A DNA stretch of 64,000 bases from assembly GCA_965205485.1 (NCBI GenBank), contig OZ242180.1, positions 3,904,001 through 3,968,000 of the forward strand, written 5' to 3'. The notes under the pieces are model-generated. The model was given only the letters and a program-made list of their open reading frames with translations. It had not been told where the DNA came from and did no database searches. Below, piece after piece: positions 58,321 to 64,000 of this stretch. Within the stretch, counting starts at the first letter, position 1; the number at the start of each line of letters is the position of its first letter. This DNA is from Candidatus Latescibacterota bacterium. GTDB taxonomy: Bacteria; Latescibacterota; UBA2968; GCA-2709665. The translations under genes were made by a program, and so were the position numbers.

Positions 58321-58683
58321 GCCTATCCAACGTGGACGATCCATTCTGACAGGCATTTCAAATGTCGCAGAAACGATGCATTCCAAAATACATTGCGCGC
58401 GCAATGCTTTCCAGTTGCAGCGCCGCTACGGTTTTGAACATTCGTGACCCGATGTGTTTCTGCACCTTTCGTGACGGATGTTTTCGTGCGCAACCGGCCT
58501 CGCGGCACCATACCCACAAGGAGTACAGACGCCACCGAAGGATTGGCAGCCAACCGGTGGGTGAAGAAACGCCTGCAGTCCGTATGGAAATCATCAATAG
58601 TGGTTGGAGCGCAAATAAACAAAGCCGGGTATATCATCGTATACCAGATTTTTGGGTTAATGCACGTGCGACGGTCACTTTGT

Positions 58684-59499
58684 TCAATCCACCGTCCTGG
58701 CGCTGACAACGGTTATTATCGCGATGTCGTCTTCGTCGTGAACCGAACTGCCGACAATGACCGTCTCGCCGTTCTTGATGTTCAGTGAAGTGTTGAGTAC
58801 ATGACCTCCGGCCGAGTTGACGATAAGATCTCGAAGTTGTATAACCCCCTTGCCTTCATCTATGAAATCGAGCCAATAGCTTCCCCGGATGCCCGAGAAG
58901 TTCAAGCGTTTGTCTCCGGATGCATCCACGAGTTTCGGCGTAGAGGGAGGCTTCACGGAAGGCATGCCCCTGCTGCCGGCGTTTGAAATCGATCTACTGC
59001 TTCCAAGGAGATTGTAGTGCCGGAATTTGAATGCCTGTTTCAATTGATTCCGCAGGGTCTCATCGGGTACTGGACGATGAAGCCTGCGATTTACACCATC
59101 CACCGGTACATAAAATGCCACGTTCGAAGCCAATATCTGCCTCAGATGGATTTCGATCCGGCGGGGAGGTATATCGAATTTGGCAAGCAGTTTTCTCGCG
59201 CGCACCGCGGACGACGGATTCTTGAACTTGATGAAGAGCTTTGTCCGTCCATAGTTCTTGGCGCTTTCGTATTCGATTTCAAATGCGCGCAGAAGCTCCA
59301 TGACCCCAGGGACTGGAAGGTATTTTATATGAAACATCTCGACACCCGGAGGGAGGAGCTCCTCCAGTTCAGCACCCTTCGTCGAATCCGCCGTCTCCTT
59401 TGCGTTACAAGGTGAGGAGAATGTAGCCACATATAGAACGGAAGCCAATATTGTCGAAAATTTCACGGCTGCTATCGCTTGAGATCGGAATTGTTTCAT
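58684..59499 (-). CDS. exported protein with secretin N3-like and truncated secretin C-terminal-like motifs
   Basis: signal peptide; FHIKYL...V.ELL; LLAKFDIPPRRIEI; NTSLNIKNGETVIVGS..IITVVSARTVD; ATGA overlap with the anti-sigma gene. Confidence 0.6.
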   Translation of the reverse strand: MKQFRSQAIAAVKFSTILASVLYVATFSSPCNAKETADSTKGAELEELLPPGVEMFHIKYLPVPGVMELLRAFEIEYESAKNYGRTKLFIKFKNPSSAVRARKLLAKFDIPPRRIEIHLRQILASNVAFYVPVDGVNRRLHRPVPDETLRNQLKQAFKFRHYNLLGSSRSISNAGSRGMPSVKPPSTPKLVDASGDKRLNFSGIRGSYWLDFIDEGKGVIQLRDLIVNSAGGHVLNTSLNIKNGETVIVGSSVHDEDDIAIITVVSARTVD

Positions 59500-60143
59500 T
59501 GGTGATCCGCTCCTTTCCGAGGCAGAACCCACACAATTGTCGTGGTTGGGTCGTTCGTTCGATAGATGACAGACACGCCGTCGGGTTGGTTGACCGAAAC
59601 GAGTACCGGATATTCCGCATCCAGCTCTTCATCTGTCAGGTGGGGTCTGGGATTCAATCGTCTGATCAATGCTTTGACTTCTGCCCTCGACGTCTGCCTG
59701 GATTCCCGAAATTCCGGTTCGTAAGGGTCGATCAGCCTTTCAGCGTTGTTTTCGTGCGACTGCGCCAGTTGGCTGTCACCGTTCTCCCCGCCGCTACGAA
59801 TGTGAAACCCGATTGCTCCAATCAACAGAACCGCAACCGCAGACCAGGTTGCGATCTGCTGCCAGTTGTGTCTTTCGTTTCCTTGCCGGTTCACGGATTC
59901 CGGTTGGGACGATGCCTTGAGAATGTCGTTGTGGATTCGCTCTCCCATACGCTCGGATGGCGTTGGTGCAGAGTCAGTTAGCGCAACTCTCCTGACCTTA
60001 CATTGGGACTCGACGAATGACTGATGAATTGCCAGACAGCCATTACATTGTCCAAGATGGCGCGAGATTCGGGAAGCCATGGATACTGGTAGGTCGTTTT
60101 CAACGTAAAGCGGCAGGAACGTTCGAACGATTCGGCAGATCAT
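59496..60143 (-). CDS. zinc-finger (zf-HC2/ZAS) transmembrane anti-sigma factor
   Basis: MIC..V..FL..Y..NDL..HLGQCNGC; single TM; ATGA overlap with the sigma gene. Confidence 0.85.
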   Translation of the reverse strand: MICRIVRTFLPLYVENDLPVSMASRISRHLGQCNGCLAIHQSFVESQCKVRRVALTDSAPTPSERMGERIHNDILKASSQPESVNRQGNERHNWQQIATWSAVAVLLIGAIGFHIRSGGENGDSQLAQSHENNAERLIDPYEPEFRESRQTSRAEVKALIRRLNPRPHLTDEELDAEYPVLVSVNQPDGVSVIYRTNDPTTTIVWVLPRKGADHQ

Positions 60144-60655
60144 ATCTCCGTCTCCAGGCTCTTTCTGATGCGAGTCCTTGCTTTGTGAAGGTGGACGCGG
60201 GCGGTGACGCCTCTGCAACCGAGTATCTGTGCGACTTCGCTCAACGGGAAGCCCTGAAGGTCCCGCAGCACGAATGCCATGCGTTGTTTCGGTGAGACCT
60301 TCTTCAGTATCCGGTCGAGTGTGAGTTTGAGATCGCTGTCGCTGGCCTGGCTGCGGTCCGGCAGCCCTGCCTCCAGGGGTAATCGACGAGATTTCTTCTG
60401 TTTTCGAAGGTGGTCGACAGCAGTGTTGGTAACCAGTCTGAACAACCAGGTCGTGAATATATGGTTCGATGAATACGCACGGATGTTCCTGTAAAGTTTG
60501 ATGAAACTCTCCTGGCAGATATCCTCGGCATCATCGCGGTTACCCGCAAACCGGTAAGCAACGGAATACACGATTGCCTTCTTGGCGTTTACGAGATTCT
60601 CGAAGGCCTCAACGTCGCCGTCCTGCGCCTTTCTCACCAGGTCTGATTCGTCCAT
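60140..60655 (-). CDS. ECF RNA polymerase sigma factor
   Basis: GDVEAF..LV, DAEDICQESFIK, FTTWLFRLVTN..VD.LRK, region 4 (R.AFVL.D..G...EVA..LG....T....LH.AR). Confidence 0.93.
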   Translation of the reverse strand: MDESDLVRKAQDGDVEAFENLVNAKKAIVYSVAYRFAGNRDDAEDICQESFIKLYRNIRAYSSNHIFTTWLFRLVTNTAVDHLRKQKKSRRLPLEAGLPDRSQASDSDLKLTLDRILKKVSPKQRMAFVLRDLQGFPLSEVAQILGCRGVTARVHLHKARTRIRKSLETEI

Positions 60656-60918
60656 ATACAATGGTCTTATCCTTGGTGCAGGATCCCGCGAGGTTGAGAA
60701 TACTATGTCCAATACCGGTTCCAATCGGATCTCCGTATATTTGGTCGATCTCAGAACCGTAAATGAGAACCGATCAAGAGGTTGCTCGACCGGGAGAGTG
60801 CTTACCCTGCATCTACCATAATATACGACGTGAAGGCCGTGTTTGTTTAGGGCATGTCCGGGATTATCGCACCGCCGACCGGAAATCGGAAGTGCGCGGG
60901 TCGGAAAGGGAAAAGATC

Positions 60919-60942
60919 AGGGGCGACGCGTGCGTCGCCCCT
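60919..60942. repeat. REP-like palindrome
   Basis: AGGGGCGACGC-GT-GCGTCGCCCCT. Confidence 0.65.
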
Positions 60943-61013
60943 ATATTCCGAATATCTGGCGGTTTTTGGTTTTTCCTCTCCCGTCTTGCGTCTCCGGTCT
61001 CACCGCTATTCTG

Positions 61014-61871
61014 CTACAACCCGATTCGCGAATAGAACTCCTCGACGCCGCGGATACCCAGGTTCAGGCGGAACAGCGCGCCGGCGTGTTCGCCGTCTTG
61101 GTGTTTGATGTTTCCCCCGGCGGTCGTGACGTAGATGTCCGTGTAGTCCTCCCCGCCAAAGGTGAGGCTGGACACTTTCCTGACCGGAAACGCGATGCGC
61201 CGTTCTTCCACGCCGTCGGGCGTGTAGCGTACGAGGCAGTGGCCGTCCCATCGGGCGGACCAGATGCAGCCGTGGGCGTCTACCGTCATGCCGTCCGGTA
61301 TCCCTTCGTCTTCCGCCGCCCGGATAAAGACCTCCCGGTTCGCAATGTCGCCGGTTTCCCGATCGTAGTCGAACCGGTAGATATTGAGCGTGGGCGAGTC
61401 CGTGAAGTACATGTGCCGGAGGTCCGCCGTGAACCCCATCCCGTTGGAAATCCCCACTTCATCGATGACCACGCGAAGCGTGCCGTCCGTATCCAGTCGA
61501 TACAGCCTTCCCGGCCGCTCCGGCGTGGGCATGGTACCGCAGAATACCCGGCCCCCGGGATCCGCAATCACGTCATTGAAGCGGGACTCGCGCTCGTCGG
61601 GGATTTCCTCGATCACCGTCGTGAGTTCACCGTCGCGCCAGACCTTGACCGCGCCTCGCTCCATGAAGAACAGCAGAGCCCCGTCGGCCTGCACGGTAAA
61701 CCCGCCCACGACGTCGCCGGTGTAACAGGTCTCGTGCGCTCCCGCGGCCGGGTCGTAACGGAACACGCGGCCGGCAGGGATATCGGTCCAGTAGACCCTC
61801 TTTTCCATCGGGTGCCAGAGGGGTCCTTCCCCGGTCTCACAGGCGTAGTCCGCGATCAGTTCGGGCTGCAT
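61014..61871 (-). CDS. SMP-30/gluconolactonase family protein
   Basis: GEGPLW, RFND...DP.GR, SNGMGF, PDGMTVD..G.IW, FGG. Confidence 0.93.
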   Translation of the reverse strand: MQPELIADYACETGEGPLWHPMEKRVYWTDIPAGRVFRYDPAAGAHETCYTGDVVGGFTVQADGALLFFMERGAVKVWRDGELTTVIEEIPDERESRFNDVIADPGGRVFCGTMPTPERPGRLYRLDTDGTLRVVIDEVGISNGMGFTADLRHMYFTDSPTLNIYRFDYDRETGDIANREVFIRAAEDEGIPDGMTVDAHGCIWSARWDGHCLVRYTPDGVEERRIAFPVRKVSSLTFGGEDYTDIYVTTAGGNIKHQDGEHAGALFRLNLGIRGVEEFYSRIGL

Positions 61872-62087
61872 TTTTCGCTCCTTTCGCGTAAGCTTCCGTT
61901 CACGCTTCGATTCGTCGAGGACGGACGGTTCAATGGTAACGGACGGCCCATATCTACCTGCCGGACCACGGCATTGTCAAGGGGTTTGTCGATTCGCTGT
62001 CGGAGTCGGTTTCGGCTTGTTCGCGTCGGTCCCGCCCGGTATATTTCGCGTGTCTGAAATCAACGCGGTCGCGCGAAAGGAATCAGC

Positions 62088-62300
62088 ATGTCCGGGAGTC
62101 GGGAAGCCGGAAACGGGCAACGTGAGATCGGAAAGTGGATGGCGGTCGGTTCGGGCGTCGGCGCCGGAGCGGGTTCCGTCTTCGGGGTGGGGAGTGGCGA
62201 CTTCGGTCTGTGGGTGAGCGCCGGAGTGACGATTGGCGCGAGTCTGGGGCTTGCCGTGGGCGCCTGCATCCGACGGCTGAAGTTCAGGCGGAAGGATTGA
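62088..62300 (+). CDS. small glycine-zipper membrane protein
   Basis: AAAGGA RBS; GxxxG repeats in two hydrophobic segments; basic C-terminus. Confidence 0.5.
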   Translation: MSGSREAGNGQREIGKWMAVGSGVGAGAGSVFGVGSGDFGLWVSAGVTIGASLGLAVGACIRRLKFRRKD

Positions 62301-62375
62301 CACCGGTGTACCTGCCCTGATGCTCGTGAGTGGCATCGACCGCGATGTACCTGAGTACCTGCGAGACGTCAGGGT

Positions 62376-63239
62376 TCAGCAAATCGGAATGCCGGCGCGC
62401 TTCGAAATCTCCCGGACGTTCGCGGCGGCGAGCGGAATCTGATCCGGACCGAGATGTTCGATCAGCGCGTAACCCACGGGATGATGCGCGTGAAAGAGCC
62501 CGAGCGCGAGGCCCAGATTCAGTTCGCCGAGGCCCGGAACCGCCTCTTCCAGTTGGACTACCAGACGATTGCCGACGCTGATGTCCTTGACGTGACAGAC
62601 GGGCGCGAGCGGACCGATGGTATCGAAGATGTGATTCAGGCGTTCGGTGTCCGAGTAGACGTGATCGATGGATTCGAAGTGATTGACGTAGTCCATCACC
62701 AGCCTCACGTTGGCGCTGTCGACGGACTCGATGAGCCGGCGGCACGCCGCAGGCGTATTGAGTATTGAAACGACGTGAGTTTCCACGACGATAACGACGT
62801 TCTGCCCCGCGGTACGGTTTGCGATCTCCCGCAACGTTCGGTTCAGCAACGCGTGTGCTTCCGGCGTGTGGTTTTCGCGATGCGGCGTCCATGGGCCGGC
62901 GGGGTTGCGGCTGCCCGGCCGGATCAGGTAGCAGTCGGCGCCCAGGCGCGCGGCGATCCCGGCGCCCCTCACGACCTTCGACACGGCTCCGGACCGGACC
63001 TCCGGGTCCGGATCGAACAGGCAGTCGCCATAGGCGATGGCAAACTGCGACAGATCGATCTCATGGTCCGCGAACAGCTGTCGGCATCTGGCCACGTCTT
63101 CTTCCGAAATTGCGTTCAACAGTTCGCCCGGCAGGTGAAATCCCGCACCCGTGAATCCGAGATTCCGGATCGTTTCGAAGTGGACGTCCGTGAAGCTCCG
63201 GAGGTCTCCCGGAAGCATGCCGACAATGCCGAGTCTCAT
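62376..63239 (-). CDS. sugar phosphate isomerase/epimerase (xylose isomerase-like TIM barrel)
   Basis: VVETH, VMDYVN, CHVKD, PG.G.L, LIEH. Confidence 0.85.
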   Translation of the reverse strand: MRLGIVGMLPGDLRSFTDVHFETIRNLGFTGAGFHLPGELLNAISEEDVARCRQLFADHEIDLSQFAIAYGDCLFDPDPEVRSGAVSKVVRGAGIAARLGADCYLIRPGSRNPAGPWTPHRENHTPEAHALLNRTLREIANRTAGQNVVIVVETHVVSILNTPAACRRLIESVDSANVRLVMDYVNHFESIDHVYSDTERLNHIFDTIGPLAPVCHVKDISVGNRLVVQLEEAVPGLGELNLGLALGLFHAHHPVGYALIEHLGPDQIPLAAANVREISKRAGIPIC

Positions 63240-63304
63240 TTGCGAAATCCACTGAATGGTAGAACCGTCAGCGATTCGCTGACGGACCGAAAGGAGGCGG
63301 ATCG

Positions 63305-63589
63305 ATGGCCGAATCCGTGGACGAATTGAGCATTAATTACGAGGAAGACGGCGTTCTGCTCTGCAGGCAACTGGACAAGCACGTGCTTTCGAGGGGAGCG
63401 TGGGCGACCGTAATGTTTCTGTACCAGGACCTGAACCGGCAATCGGGTGAATACGGGCCTGAAAAAGTGACGATTCGCCGATTCCAGAAGCGGGACGGAA
63501 CCTATATACCGCGGAGCAAGTTCAATATTTCAAGCCTGGACCAGGGACGGAAAATCGTATCGGCGCTTCGGGACTGGATTGAACAGTAG
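63305..63589 (+). CDS. small hypothetical protein, possible PC4-like fold
   Basis: AAAGGAGG RBS; VTIRRFQKRDG.Y.P..K..IS..Q pattern. Confidence 0.7.
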   Translation: MAESVDELSINYEEDGVLLCRQLDKHVLSRGAWATVMFLYQDLNRQSGEYGPEKVTIRRFQKRDGTYIPRSKFNISSLDQGRKIVSALRDWIEQ

Positions 63590-63666
63590 CCGTTATACCT
63601 GCATTCTACAGCGTAAAGCCGGAGAAGGGGCGGTCAATGCGGTACCTGACGCCCGTTTTTGCATGT

Positions 63667-64000
63667 TCACATCGAAACGCCCAGCAGCCCTCGAGTGAAC
63701 TGAAAATCCGTGTTTTTCTGTCTCATCGCGACGGTCGTATAGTTACGAGACGCGGTTTCCAGGAGAAGCTCGGCGATCCGCCGGGCGTTTTTCTCAGGCG
63801 CGCCGGATAGCGAAAGGTCCAGGTCGTCCGCGTAGGCCTCGCACACCCACGGCTCCGTGCTGATCTGAAGCACGGGCAGCATCGGATGCCCCTGCATCGG
63901 ATGTTCGGCCACGTGCGCGATCAGGATCTGCGCGCCCGTGCCGCCAAGGCCGGTAAGCGTCTCGACCCAGTGGTCCGTCTGCGTTTCCATAATGTAGAAA
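63667..64000 (-). CDS. UxaA-family (altronate/galactarate dehydratase) C-terminus, partial
   Basis: ETLTGLGGTGA, GHPM.PV.QI, ASR..T...N.DFQ.TRG..GVSM; frame is open to the window edge. Confidence 0.7.
   Translation of the reverse strand, partial: FYIMETQTDHWVETLTGLGGTGAQILIAHVAEHPMQGHPMLPVLQISTEPWVCEAYADDLDLSLSGAPEKNARRIAELLLETASRNYTTVAMRQKNTDFQFTRGLLGVSM

Overview
This GC-rich bacterial window is densely coding (about 52 genes). DUF2723, a cohesin plus FlgD-Ig/T9SS-like C-terminal protein, purN-mreBC linkage and tamAB suggest a diderm of the FCB group (Latescibacterota/Gemmatimonadota-like); that placement is inference only. Core genes are ggt-family, anmK, a ccsA-sirC-hemA-hemC-cobA/hemD operon, pcm, galU, purN, mreBC, asd (behind a clear lysine riboswitch), clpB (near-consensus sigma54 promoter) and tamAB. 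Accessory catabolic genes include a 26.9-35.6 kb operon (transglutaminase-like protein, an active plus a catalytically dead CE7 esterase, a non-canonical class V PLP enzyme, a 2-hydroxyacid dehydrogenase and a PHP/CehA-McbA metallohydrolase, with a second PHP paralog at 38-40.5 kb) and a sugar-acid cluster near the right end. A more AT-rich block at about 57.1-60.8 kb holds a HEPN/MNT pair and a translationally coupled ECF sigma / zinc-finger anti-sigma / mini-secretin-like triad, my best candidate for an uncharacterised system. Two small ORFs missing from the ORF track were found: a 48-aa PurC remnant that looks internally deleted and a 58-aa two-TM protein. I saw no CRISPR array, rRNA, tRNA or transposase. 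All assignments come from motif recognition, with no database searches.
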